A stretch of DNA of 64,000 nucleotides from Eledone cirrhosa (taxonomy: Eukaryota): the NCBI GenBank assembly GCA_964016885.1, contig OZ024752.1:27652001-27716000 (forward strand). The letters are read 5' to 3'. Positions 13,591-28,199 of the stretch are shown piece by piece. Each line of letters starts with the position of its first letter. Within the stretch, counting starts at the first letter, position 1. The notes under the pieces are model-generated. The model had not been told where the DNA came from, did no database searches, and was given only the letters and a program-made list of their open reading frames with translations. A program made the translations under genes and the position numbers.

Positions 13591-16500
13591 ATCAACACAC
13601 AAACTGTGGAACTAGTACCAACTTCGTCTATCAACACACAAACTGTGGAACTAGTACCAACTTCGGTTATCAACACAATCTGTCGAACTAGTACCAACTT
13701 CGGCTATCAACACACAAACTGTGGAACTAGTACAAACTTCGTCTATCAACACACAAACTGTGGAACTAGTACCAACTTCGTCTATCAACACACAAACTGT
13801 GGAACTAGTACCATCCTCTTCTATCAACACACAAACTGTGGAACTAGTACCAACTTCGTCTATCAAGACACAAACTGTGGAACTAGTACAAACTTCGTCT
13901 ATCAACACACAAACTGTGGAACTAGTACCAACTTCGTCTATCAACACACAAACTGTGGAACTAGTACCAACTTCGTCTATAAACACACAAACTGTGGAAC
14001 TAGTACCAACTTCGGCTATCAACACACAAACTGTGGAACTAGTACCAACTACGGCTATCAACACACACACTGTGGAACTAGTAGCAACTTTGTCTATCAA
14101 CACACAAACTGTGGAACTAGTACCAACTTCGGTTATCAACACACAATGTGTGGAACTAGTACCAACTTCGGCTATCAACACACAAACTGTGGAACTAGTA
14201 CCAACTTCGGTTATCAACACACAATTTGTGGAACTAGTACCAACTTCGGCTATCAACACACAAACTGTGGAACTAGTACCAACTTCGTCTATCAACACAC
14301 AAACTGTGGAACTAGTTCCAACTTCGGCTATCAACACACAAACTGTGGAACTAGTAGCAATTGGGCTATCAACACACAAACTGTGGAACTAGTACCAACT
14401 TCGGCTATCAACACACAAACTGTGGAACTAGTACCAACTTCGGCTATCAACACACAATCTGTGGAACTAGTACAAACTTCGGCTATCAACACACAAACTG
14501 TGGAACTAGTACCAACTTCGGCTATCAACACACAATCTGTGGAACTAGTACCAACTTCCGCTATCAACACACAAACTGTGGAACTAGTACCAACTTCGGC
14601 TATCAACACACAAACTGTGGAACTAGTACCAACTTCGGCTATCAACACACAATCTGTGGAACTAGTACCAACTACGGCTATCAACACACAAACTGTGGAA
14701 CTAGTTCCAACTTCGGCTATCAACACACAAACTGTGGAACTAGTACCAACTTCGGCTATCAACACACAAACTGTGGAACTAGTACCAACTTCGGCTATCA
14801 ACACACAAACTGTGGAACTAGTACCAACTTCGGCTATCAACACACAAACTGTGGAACTAGTACCAACTTCGGCTATCAACACTCAATCTGTGGAACTAGT
14901 ACAAATTTCGGCTATCAACACACAAACTGTGGAACTAGTACCAACTTCGGCTATCAACACACAATCTGTGGAACTAGTACCAACTTCGGCTATCAACACA
15001 CAAACCGTGGAACTAGTACCAACTGCGGCTATCAACACACAATCTGTGGAACTAATACCAACTTCGGCTATCAACACACAAACTGTGGAACTAGTACCAA
15101 CTTCGGCTATCAACACACAAACTGTGGAACTAGTACCAACTTCGGCTATCAACACACAAACTGTGGAACTAGTACCAACTGCGGCTATCAACACACAAAC
15201 TGTGGAACTATTACCAACTGCGGCTATCAACACACAATCTGTGGAACTAGTACCAACTTCGGCTATCAACACACAAACTGTGGAACTAGTACCAACTTCG
15301 GCTATCAACACACAAACTGTGGAACTAGTACCAACTTCGGCTATCAACACACAAACTGTGGAACTAGTACCAACTTCGTCTATCAACACACAAACTGTGG
15401 AACTAGTACAAACTTCGTCTATCAACACACAAAATGTGGAACTAGTACCAACTTCGTCTATCAACACACAAACTGTGGAACTAGTACCAACTTCGGTTAT
15501 CAACACAATCTGTCGAACTAGTACCAACTTCGGCTATCAACACACAAACTGTGGAACTAGTTCCAACTTCGGCTATCAACACACAAACTGTGGAACTAGT
15601 ACCAACTTCGGCTATCAACACACAATCTGTGGAACTAGTACAAACTTCGGCTATCAACACACAAACTGTGGGACTAGTACCAACTTCGGCTATCAACACA
15701 CAATCTGTGGAACTAGTACCAACTACGGCTATCAACACACAAACTGTGGAACTAGTTCCAAGTTCGGCTATCAACACACAAACTGTGGAACTAGTAGCAA
15801 CTTCGGCTATCAACACACAGACTGTGGAACTAGTACAAACTTCGGCTATCAACACACAATCTGTGGAACTAGTACAAACTTCGGCTATCAACACACAAAC
15901 TGTGGAACTAGTACCAACTTCGGCTATCAACACACAATCTGTGGAACTAGTACCAACTTCCGCTATCAACACACAAACTGTGGAACTAGTACCAACTACG
16001 GCTATCAACACACAAACTGTGGAACTAGTACCAACTTCGGCTATCAACACACAAACTGTGGAACTAGTAGCAACTTCGGCTATCAACACACAAACTGTGG
16101 AACTAGTTCCAACTTCGGCTATCAACACACAAACTGTGGAACTAGTAGCAACTTCGGCTATCAACACACAAACTGTGGAACTAGTATAAACTTCGGCTAT
16201 CAACACACAAACTGTGGAACTAGTACCAACTACGGCTATCAACACACAAACTGTGGAACTAGTACCAACTGCGGCTATCAACACACAATCTGTGGAACTA
16301 ATACCAATTTCGGCTATCAACACACAAACTGTGGAACTAGTACCAACTTCGGCTATCAACACACAAACTGTGGAACTAGTACCAACTTCGGCTATCAACA
16401 CACAAACTGTGGAACTAGTACCAACTTCGGCTATCTACACACAAACTGTGGAACTAGTACCAACTTCGGCTATCAACACACAAACTGTGGAACTAGTACC

Positions 16501-16909
16501 AACTTCGTCTATCAAGACACAATCTGTGGAACTAGTACAAACTTCGTCTATCAACACACAAACTGTGGAACTAGTACCAACTTCGTCTATCAACACACAA
16601 ACTGTGGAACAAGTACAAACTTCGTCTATCAACACACACACTCTGGAACTAGTACCAACTTCGTCTATCAACACACATACTGTGGAACTAGTACAAACTT
16701 CGTCTATCAACACACAAACTGTGGAACTAGTACCAACTTCGTCTATCAACACACAAACTGTGGAACTAGTACCAACTTCGTCTATAAACACACAAACTGT
16801 GGAACTAGTACCAACTTCGGCTATCAACACACAAACTGTGGAACTAGTACCAACTACGGCTATCAACACACACACTGTGGAACTAGTACCAACTTTGTCT
16901 ATCAACACA

Positions 16910-19900
16910 CAAACTGTGGAACTAGTACCAATTTCGGTTATCAACACACAATGTGTGGAACTAGTACCAACTTCGGCTATCAACACACAAACTGTGGAAC
17001 TAGTACCAACTTCGGTTATCAACACACAATTTGTGGAACTAGTACCAACTTCGGCTATCAACACACAAACTGCGGAACTAGTACCAACTTCGTCTATCAA
17101 CACACAAACTGTGGAACTAGTTCCAACTTCGGCTATCAACACACAAACTGTGGAACTAGTAGCAACTTCGGCTATCAACACACAAACTGTGGAACTAGTA
17201 CAAGCTTCGGCTATCAACACACAAACTGTGGAACTAGTACCAACTACGGCTATCAACACACAAACTGTGGAACTAGTACCAACTTCGGCTATCAACACAC
17301 AAACTGTGGAACTAGTACCAACTGCGGCTATCAACACACAATCTGTGGAACTAATACCAACTTCGGCTATCAACACACAAACTGTGGAACTAGTACCAAC
17401 TTCGGCTATCAACACACAAACTGTGGAACTAGTACCAACTTCGGCTATCAACACACAAACTGTGGAACTAGTACCAACTTCGTCTATCAACACACAAACT
17501 GTGGAACTAGTACCAACTTCGGTTATCAACACAATCTGTCGAACTAGTACCAACTTCGGCTATCAACACACAAACTGTGGAACTAGTACAAACTTCGTCT
17601 ATCAACACATAAACTGTGGAATTAGTACCAACTTCGTCTATCAACACACAAACTGTGGAACTAGTACAAACTTCGGCTATCAACACACAAACTGTGGAAC
17701 TAGTACCAACTACGGCTATCAACACACAAACTGTGGAACTAGTACCAACTTCGGCTATCAACACACAAACTGTGGAACTAGTACCAACTGCGGCTATCAA
17801 CACACAATCTGTGGAACTAATACCAACTTCGGCTATCAACACACAAGCTGTGGAACTAGTACCAGCTTCGGCTATCAACACATAAACTGTGGAACTAGTA
17901 GAACTTCGGCTATCAACACACAAACTCTGGAACTAGTACCAACTTCGGCTATCAACACACAATCTGTGGAACTAGTACCAACTTCAGCTATCAACACACA
18001 AACTGTGGAACTAGTACCAACTTCGGCTATCAACACACAATCTGTGGAACTAGTATAAACTTCGGCTATCAACACACAAACTGTGGAACTAGTACCAACT
18101 ACGGCTATCAACACACAAACTGTGGAAATAGTACCAACTTCGGCTATCAACACACAAACTGTGGAACTAGTACCAACTACGGCTATCAACACACAAACTG
18201 TGGAACTAGTACCAACTTCGGCTATCAACACACAAACTGTGGAACTAGTACCAACTTCGGCTATCAACACACAAACTGTGGAACTAGTACCAACTACGGC
18301 TATCAACACACAAACTGTGGAACTAGTACCAACTTCGGCTATCAACACACAATCTGTGGAACTAGTACAAACTTCGGCTATCAACACACAAACTGTGGAA
18401 CTAGTACCAACTTCGGCTATCAACACACAATCTGTGGAACTAGTACCAACTTCCGCTATCAACACACAAACTGTGGAACTAGTACCAACTTCGGCTATCA
18501 ACACACAAACTGTGGAACTAGTACCAACTACGTCTATCAACACACAAACTGTGGAACTAGTACCAACGTCGGCTATCAACACACAAACTGTGGAACTAGT
18601 ACCAACTACGGCTATCAACACACAAACTGTGGAACTAGTACCAACTTCGGCTATCAACACACAATCTGTGGAACTAGTACCAACTTCCGCTATCAACACA
18701 CAAACTGTGGAACTAGTACCAATTTCGGTTATCAACACACAATGTGTGGAACTAGTACCAACTTCGGCTATCAACACACAAACTGTGGAACTAGTACCAA
18801 CTTCGGTTATCAACACACAATTTGTGGAACTAGTACCAACTTCGGCTATCAACACACAAACTGCGGAACTAGTACCAACTTCGTCTATCAACACACAAAC
18901 TGTGGAACTAGTTCCAACTTCGGCTATCAACACACAAACTGTGGAACTAGTAGCAACTTCGGCTATCAACACACAACTGTGGAACTAGTACAAGCTTCGG
19001 CTATCAACACACAAACTGTGGAACTAGTACCAACTACGGCTATCAACACACAAACTGTGGAACTAGTACCAACTTCGGCTATCAACACACAAACTGTGGA
19101 ACTAGTACCAACTGCGGCTATCAACACACAATCTGTGGAACTAATACCAACTTCGGCTATCAACACACAAACTGTGGAACTAGTACCAACTTCGGCTATC
19201 AACACACAAACTGTGGAACTAGTACCAACTTCGGCTATCAACACACAAACTGTGGAACTAGTACCAACTTCGTCTATCAACACACAAACTGTGGAACTAG
19301 TACCAACTTCGGTTATCAACACAATCTGTCGAACTAGTACCAACTTCGGCTATCAACACACAAACTGTGGAACTAGTACAAACTTCGTCTATCAACACAC
19401 AAACTGTGGAATTAGTACCAACTTCGTCTATCAACACACAAACTGTGGAACTAGTACAAACTTCGGCTATCAACACACAAACTGTGGAACTAGTACCAAC
19501 TACGGCTATCAACACACAAACTGTGGAACTAGTACCAACTTCGGCTATCAACACACAAACTGTGGAACTAGTACCAACTGCGGCTATCAACACACAATCT
19601 GTGGAACTAATACCAACTTCGGCTATCAACACACAAGCTGTGGAACTAGTACCAGCTTCGGCTATCAACACATAAACTGTGGAACTAGTAGAACTTCGGC
19701 TATCAACACACAAACTCTGGAACTAGTACCAACTTCGGCTATCAACACACAATCTGTGGAACTAGTACCAACTTCAGCTATCAACACACAAACTGTGGAA
19801 CTAGTACCAACTTCGGCTATCAACACACAATCTGTGGAACTAGTATAAACTTCGGCTATCAACACACAAACTGTGGAACTAGTACCAACTACGGCTATCA

Positions 19901-20230
19901 ACACACAAACTGTGGAAATAGTACCAACTTCGGCTATCAACACACAAACTGTGGAACTAGTACCAACTACGGCTATCAACACACAAACTGTGGAACTAGT
20001 ACCAACTTCGGCTATCAACACACAAACTGTGGAACTAGTACCAACTTCGGCTATCAACACACAAACTGTGGAACTAGTACCAACTACGGCTATCAACACA
20101 CAAACTGTGGAACTAGTACCAACTTCGGCTATCAACACACAATCTGTGGAACTAGTACAAACTTCGGCTATCAACACACAAACTGTGGAACTAGTACCAA
20201 CTTCGGCTATCAACACACAATCTGTGGAAC
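16910..20230. repeat. Tandem higher-order duplication, period ~1,790 bp (46 monomers)
   Basis: ORF pairs 17507/19297 and 17875/19665; private variants CAAGCTTC, AAGCTGT..CCAGCTT..ACATAA, the 38-bp AGTAGAAC monomer (~17897/~19687) and GTATAAAC recur at this offset. Confidence 0.88.
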
Positions 20231-20349
20231 TAGTACCAACTACGGCTATCAACACACAAACTGTGGAACTAGTTCCAAGTTCGGCTATCAACACACAAAC
20301 TGTGGAACTAGTAGCAACTTCGGCTATCAACACACAAACTGTGGAACTA

Positions 20350-23300
20350 GTACCAACTTCGGCTATCAACACACAAACTGTGGAACTAGTACCAACTTCG
20401 GCTATCAACACACAATCTGTGGAACTAGTACAAACTTCGGCTATCAACACACAAACTGTGGAACTAGTACCAACTTCGGCTATCAACACACAATCTGTGG
20501 AACTAGTACCAACTTCCGCTATCAACACACAAACTGTGGAACTAGTACCAACTTCGGCTATCAACACACAAACTGTGGAACTAGTACCAACTACGTCTAT
20601 CAACACACAAACTGTGGAACTAGTACCAACGTCGGCTATCAACACACAAACTGTGGAACTAGTACCAACTACGGCTATCAACACACAAACTGTGGAACTA
20701 GTACCAACTTCGGCTATCAACACACAATCTGTGGAACTAGTACCAACTTCCGCTATCAACACACAAACTGTGGAACTAGTACCAACTTCGGCTATCAACA
20801 CACAAACTGTGGAACTAGTACCAACTTCGGCTATCAACACACAATCTGTGGAACTAGTACCAACTACGGCTATCAACACACAAACTGTGGAACTAGTTCC
20901 AACTTCGGCTATCAACACACAAACTGTGGAACTAGTACCAACTTCGGCTATCAACACACAAACTGTGGAACTAGTACCAACTTCGGCTATCAACACACAA
21001 TCTGTGGAACTAATACCAACTTCGGCTATCAACACACAAACTGTGGAACTAGTACCAACTTCGGCTATCAACACACAAACTGTGGAACTAGTACCAACTT
21101 CGGCTATCAACACACAAACTGTGGAACTAGTACCAACTGCGGCTATCAACACACAAACTGTGGAACTAGTACCAACTGCGGCTATCAACACACAATCTGT
21201 GGAACTAGTACCAACTTCGGCTATCAACACACAAACTGTGGAACTAGTACCAACTTCGGCTATCAACACACAAACTGTGGAACTAGTACCAACTTCGGCT
21301 ATCAACACACAAACTGTGGAACTAGTACCAACTTCGGCTATCAACACACAAACTGTGGAACTAGTGCCAACTTCGTCTATCAACACACAAACTGTGGAAC
21401 TAGTACAAACTTCGTCTATCAACACACAAACTGTGGAACTAGTACCAACTTCGTCTATCAACACACAAACTGTGGAACTAGTACCAACTTCGGTTATCAA
21501 CACAATCTGTCGAACTAGTACCAACTTCGGCTATCAACACACAAACTGTGGAACTAGTTCCAACTTCGGCTATCAACACACAAACTGTGGAACTAGTACC
21601 AACTTCGGCTATCAACACACAATCTGTGGAACTAGTACAAACTTCGGCTATCAACACACAAACTGTGGAACTAGTACCAACTTCGGCTATCAACACAAAA
21701 TCTGTGGAACTAGTACCAACTACGGCTATCAACACACAAACTGTGGAACTAGTTCCAAGTTCGGCTATCAACACACAAACTGTGGAACTAGTAGCAACTT
21801 CGGCTATCAACACACAAACTGTGGAACTAGTACCAACTTCGGCTATCAACACACAAACTGTGGAACTAGTACCAACTTCGGCTATCAACACACAATCTGT
21901 GGAACTAGTACCAACTTCAGCTATCAACACACAAACTGTGGAACTAGTACCAACTACGGCTATCAACACACAAACTGTGGAACTAGTACCAACTTCGGCT
22001 ATCAACACACAAACTGTGGAACTAGTTCCAACTTCGGCTATCAACACACAAACTGTGGAACTAGTAGCAACTTCGGCTATCAACACACAAACTGTGGAAC
22101 TAGTACAAACTTCGGCTATCAACACACAAACTGTGGAACTAGTACCAACTACGGCTATCAACACACAAACTGTGGAATTAGTACCAACTGCGGCTATCAA
22201 CACACAATCTGTGGAACAAATACCAATTTCGGCTATCAACACACAAACTGTGGAACTAGTACCAACTTCGGCTATCAACACACAAACTGTGGAACTAGTA
22301 CCAACTTCGGCTATCAACACACAAACTGTGGAACTAGTACCAACTTCGGCTATCTACACACAAACTGTGGAACTAGTACCAACTTCGGCTATCAACACAC
22401 AAACTGTGGAACTAGTACCAACTTCGTCTATCAACACACAAACTGTGGAACTAGTACAAACTTCGTCTATCAACACACAAACTGTGGAACTAGTACCAAC
22501 TTCGTCTATCAACACACAAACTGTGGAACTAGTACCAACTTCGGTTATCAACACAATCTGTCGAACTAGTACCAACTTCGGCTATCAACACACAAACTGT
22601 GGAACTAGTACAAACTTCGTCTATCAACACACAAACTGTGGAACTAGTACCAACTTCGTCTATCAACACACAAACTGTGGAACTAGTACCAACTTCTTCT
22701 ATCAACACACAAACTGTGGAACTAGTACCAACTTCGGCTATCAACACACAAACTGTGGAACTAGTACAAACTTCGTCTATCAAGACACAAACTGTGGAAC
22801 TAGTACAAACTTCGTCTATCAACACACAAACTGTGGAACTAGTACCAACTTCGTCTATCAACACACAAACTGTGGAACAAGTACAAACTTCGTCTATCAA
22901 CACACACACTGTGGAACTAGTACCAACTTCGTCTATCAACACACATACTGTGGAACTAGTACAAACTTCGTCTATCAACACACAAACTGTGGAACTAGTA
23001 CCAACTTCGTCTATCAACACACAAACTGTGGAACTAGTACCAACCTCGTCTATAAACACACAAACTGTGGAACTAGTACCAACTTCGGCTATCAACACAC
23101 AAACTGTGGAACTAGTACCAACTTCGTCTATCAACACACAAACTGTGGAACTAGTTCCAACTTCGGCTATCAACACACGAACTGTGGAACTAGTACCAAC
23201 TTCGGCTATCAACACACAATCTGTGGAACTAGTACAAACTTCGGCTATCAACACACAAACTGTGGAACTAGTACCAACTTCGGCTATCAACACACAATCT

Positions 23301-26300
23301 GTGGAACTAGTACCAACTACGGCTATCAACACACAAACTGTGGAACTAGTTCCAAGTTCGGCTATCAACACACAAACTGTGGAACTAGTACCAACTTCGG
23401 CTATCAACACACAATCTGTGGAACTAGTACAAACTTCGGCTATCAACACACAAACTGTGGAACTAGTACCAACTTCGGCTATCAACACACAATCTGTGGA
23501 ACTAGTACCAACTTCCGCTATCAACACACAAACTGTGGAACTAGTACCAACTTCGGCTATCAACACACAAACTGTGGAACTAGTACCAACTACGTCTATC
23601 AACACACAAACAGTGGAACTAGTACCAACGTCGGCTATCAACACACAAACTGTGGAACTAGTACCAACTACGGCTATCAACACACAAACTGTGGAACTAG
23701 TACCAACTTCGGCTATCAACACACAATCTGTGGAACTAGTACCAACTTCCGCTATCAACACACAAACTGTGGAACTAGTACCAACTTCGGCTATCAACAC
23801 ACAAACTGTGGAACTAGTACCAACTTCGGCTATCAACACACAATCTGTGGAACTAGTACCAACTACGGCTATCAACACACAAACTGTGGAACTAGTTCCA
23901 ACTTCGGCTATCAACACACAAACTGTGGAACTAGTACCAACTTCGGCTATCAACACACAAACTGTGGAACTAGTACCAACTTCGGCTATCAACACACAAT
24001 CTGTGGAACTAATACCAACTTCGGCTATCAACACACAAACTGTGGAACTAGTACCAACTTCGGCTATCAACACACAAACTGTGGAACTAGTACCAACTTC
24101 GGCTATCAACACACAAACTGTGGAACTAGTACCAACTGCGGCTATCAACACACAAACTGTGGAACTAGTACCAACTGCGGCTATCAACACACAATCTGTG
24201 GAACTAGTACCAACTTCGGCTATCAACACACAAACTGTGGAACTAGTACCAACTTCGGCTATCAACACACAAACTGTGGAACTAGTACCAACTTCGGCTA
24301 TCAACACACAAACTGTGGAACTAGTACCAACTTCGGCTATCAACACACAAACTGTGGAACTAGTGCCAACTTCGTCTATCAACACACAAACTGTGGAACT
24401 AGTACAAACTTCGTCTATCAACACACAAACTGTGGAACTAGTACCAACTTCGTCTATCAACACACAAACTGTGGAACTAGTACCAACTTCGGTTATCAAC
24501 ACAATCTGTCGAACTAGTACCAACTTCGGCTATCAACACACAAACTGTGGAACTAGTTCCAACTTCGGCTATCAACACACAAACTGTGGAACTAGTACCA
24601 ACTTCGGCTATCAACACACAATCTGTGGAACTAGTACAAACTTCGGCTATCAACACACAAACTGTGGAACTAGTACCAACTTCGGCTATCAACACAAAAT
24701 CTGTGGAACTAGTACCAACTACGGCTATCAACACACAAACTGTGGAACTAGTTCCAAGTTCGGCTATCAACACACAAACTGTGGAACTAGTAGCAACTTC
24801 GGCTATCAACACACAAACTGTGGAACTAGTACCAACTTCGGCTATCAACACACAAACTGTGGAACTAGTACCAACTTCGGCTATCAACACACAATCTGTG
24901 GAACTAGTACCAACTTCAGCTATCAACACACAAACTGTGGAACTAGTACCAACTACGGCTATCAACACACAAACTGTGGAACTAGTACCAACTTCGGCTA
25001 TCAACACACAAACTGTGGAACTAGTTCCAACTTCGGCTATCAACACACAAACTGTGGAACTAGTAGCAACTTCGGCTATCAACACACAAAGTGTGGAACT
25101 AGTACAAACTTCGGCTATCAACACACAAACTGTGGAACTAGTACCAACTACGGCTATCAACACACAAACTGTGGAACTAGTACCAACTGCGGCTATCAAC
25201 ACACAATCTGTGGAACAAATACCAATTTCGGCTATCAACACACAAACTGTGGAACTAGTACCAACTTCGGCTATCAACACACAAACTGTGGAACTAGTAC
25301 CAACTTCGGCTATCAACACACAAACTGTGGAACTAGTACCAACTTCGGCTATCTACACACAAACTGTGGAACTAGTACCAACTTCGGCTATCAACACACA
25401 AACTGTGGAACTAGTACCAACTTCGTCTATCAACACACAAACTGTGGAACTAGTACAAACTTCGTCTATCAACACACAAACTGTGGAACTAGTACCAACT
25501 TCGTCTATCAACACACAAACTGTGGAACTAGTACCAACTTCGGTTATCAACACAATCTGTCGAACTAGTACCAACTTCGGCTATCAACACACAAACTGTG
25601 GAACTAGTACAAACTTCGTCTATCAACACACAAACTGTGGAACTAGTACCAACTTCGTCTATCAACACACAAACTGTGGAACTAGTACCAACTTCTTCTA
25701 TCAACACACAAACTGTGGAACTAGTACCAACTTCGGCTATCAACACACAAACTGTGGAACTAGTACAAACTTCGTCTATCAAGACACAAACTGTGGAACT
25801 AGTACAAACTTCGTCTATCAACACACAAACTGTGGAACTAGTACCAACTTCGTCTATCAACACACAAACTGTGGAACAAGTACAAACTTCGTCTATCAAC
25901 ACACACACTGTGGAACTAGTACCAACTTCGTCTATCAACACACATACTGTGGAACTAGTACAAACTTCGTCTATCAACACACAAACTGTGGAACTAGTAC
26001 CAACTTCGTCTATCAACACACAAACTGTGGCACTAGTACCAACTTCGTCTATAAACACACAAACTGTGGAACTAGTACCAACTTCGGCTATCAACACACA
26101 AACTGTGGAACTAGTACCAACTTCGTCTATCAACACACAAACTGTGGAACTAGTTCCAACTTCGGCTATCAACACACAAACTGTGGAACTAGTACCAACT
26201 TCGGCTATCAACACACAATCTGTGGAACTAGTACAAACTTCGGCTATCAACACACAAACTGTGGAACTAGTACCAACTTCGGCTATCAACACACAATCTG

Positions 26301-26350
26301 TGGAACTAGTACCAACTACGGCTATCAACACACAAACTGTGGAACTAGTT
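20350..26350. repeat. Tandem higher-order duplication, period 2,999 bp (77 monomers minus two 2-bp deletions)
   Basis: ORF pairs 21478/24477, 21548/24547, 22354/25353, 22529/25528 and 22599/25598; markers AACGTCGG, AGTGCC (~21363/~24362), CACAAAATCT (~21694/~24693) and GAACAAATACC. Confidence 0.9.
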
Positions 26351-26649
26351 CCAAGTTCGGCTATCAACACACAAACTGTGGAACTAGTAGCAACTTCGGC
26401 TATCAACACACAAACTGTGGAACTAGTACCAACTTCGGCTATCAACACACAAACTGTGGAACTAGTACCAACTTCGGCTATCAACACACAATCTGTGGAA
26501 CTAGTACCAACTTCCGCTATCAACACACAAACTGTGGAACTAGTACCAACTACGGCTATCAACACACAAACTGTGGAACTAGTACCAACTTCGGCTATCA
26601 ACACACAAACTGTGGAACTAGTTCCAAATTCGGCTATCAACACACAAAC

Positions 26650-27890
26650 TGTGGAACTAGTAGCAACTTCGGCTATCAACACACAAACTGTGGAACTAGT
26701 ACAAACTTCGGCTATCAACACACAAACTATGGAACTAGTACCAACTACGGCTATCAACACACAAACTGTGGAATTAGTACCAACTGCGGCTATCAACACA
26801 CAATCTGTGGAACTAATACCAATTTCGGCTATCAACACACAAACTGTGGAACTAGTACCAACTTCGGCTATCAACACACAAACTGTGGAACTAGTACCAA
26901 CTTCGGCTATCAACACACAAACTGTGGAACTAGTACCAACTTCGGCTATCTACACACAAACTGTGGAACTAGTACCAACTTCGGCTATCAACACACAAAC
27001 TGTGGAACTAGTACCAACTTCGTCTATCAACACACAAACTGTGGAACTAGTACAAACTTCGTCTATCAACACACAAACTGTGGAACTAGTACCAACTTCG
27101 TCTATCAACACACAAACTGTGGAACTAGTACCAACTTCGGTTATCAACACAATCTGTCGAACTAGTACCAACTTCGGCTATCAACACACAAACTGTGGAA
27201 CTAGTACAAACTTCGTCTATCAACACACAAACTGTGGAACTAGTACCAACTTCGTCTATCAACACACAAACTGTGGAACTAGTAGCAACTTCGGCTATCA
27301 ACACACAAACTGTGGAACTAGTACAAACTTCGGCTATCAACACACAAACTATGGAACTAGTACCAACTACGGCTATCAACACACAAACTGTGGAATTAGT
27401 ACCAACTGCGGCTATCAACACACAATCTGTGGAACTAATACCAATTTCGGCTATCAACACACAAACTGTGGAACTAGTACCAACTTCGGCTATCAACACA
27501 CAAACTGTGGAACTAGTACCAACTTCGGCTATCAACACACAAACTGTGGAACTAGTACCAACTTCGGCTATCTACACACAAACTGTGGAACTAGTACCAA
27601 CTTCGGCTATCAACACACAAACTGTGGAACTAGTACCAACTTCGTCTATCAACACACAAACTGTGGAACTAGTACAAACTTCGTCTATCAACACACAAAC
27701 TGTGGAACTAGTACCAACTTCGTCTATCAACACACAAACTGTGGAACTAGTACCAACTTCGGTTATCAACACAATCTGTCGAACTAGTACCAACTTCGGC
27801 TATCAACACACAAACTGTGGAACTAGTACAAACTTCGTCTATCAACACACAAACTGTGGAACTAGTACCAACTTCGTCTATCAACACATA
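26650..27890. repeat. Tandem 16-monomer (622-bp) duplication including one 37-bp monomer
   Basis: ORF pairs 26950/27572 and 27125/27747; ACTATGG at ~26726/~27348 followed by GAATTAG, CCAATTT and TCTACAC in the same order. Confidence 0.82.
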
Positions 27891-28199
27891 AACTGTGGAA
27901 CTAGTACCAACTTCTTCTATCAACACACAAACTGTGGAACTAGTACCAACTTCGGCTATCAACACACAAACTGTGGAACTAGTACAAACTTCGTCTATCA
28001 AGACACAAACTGTGGAACTAGTACAAACTTCGTCTATCAACACACAAACTGTGGAACTAGTACCAACTTCGTCTATCAACACACAAACTGTGGAACAAGT
28101 ACAAACTTCGTCTATCAACACACACACTGTGGAACTAGTACCAACTTCGTCTATCAACACACATACTGTGGAACTAGTACAAACTTCGTCTATCAACAC

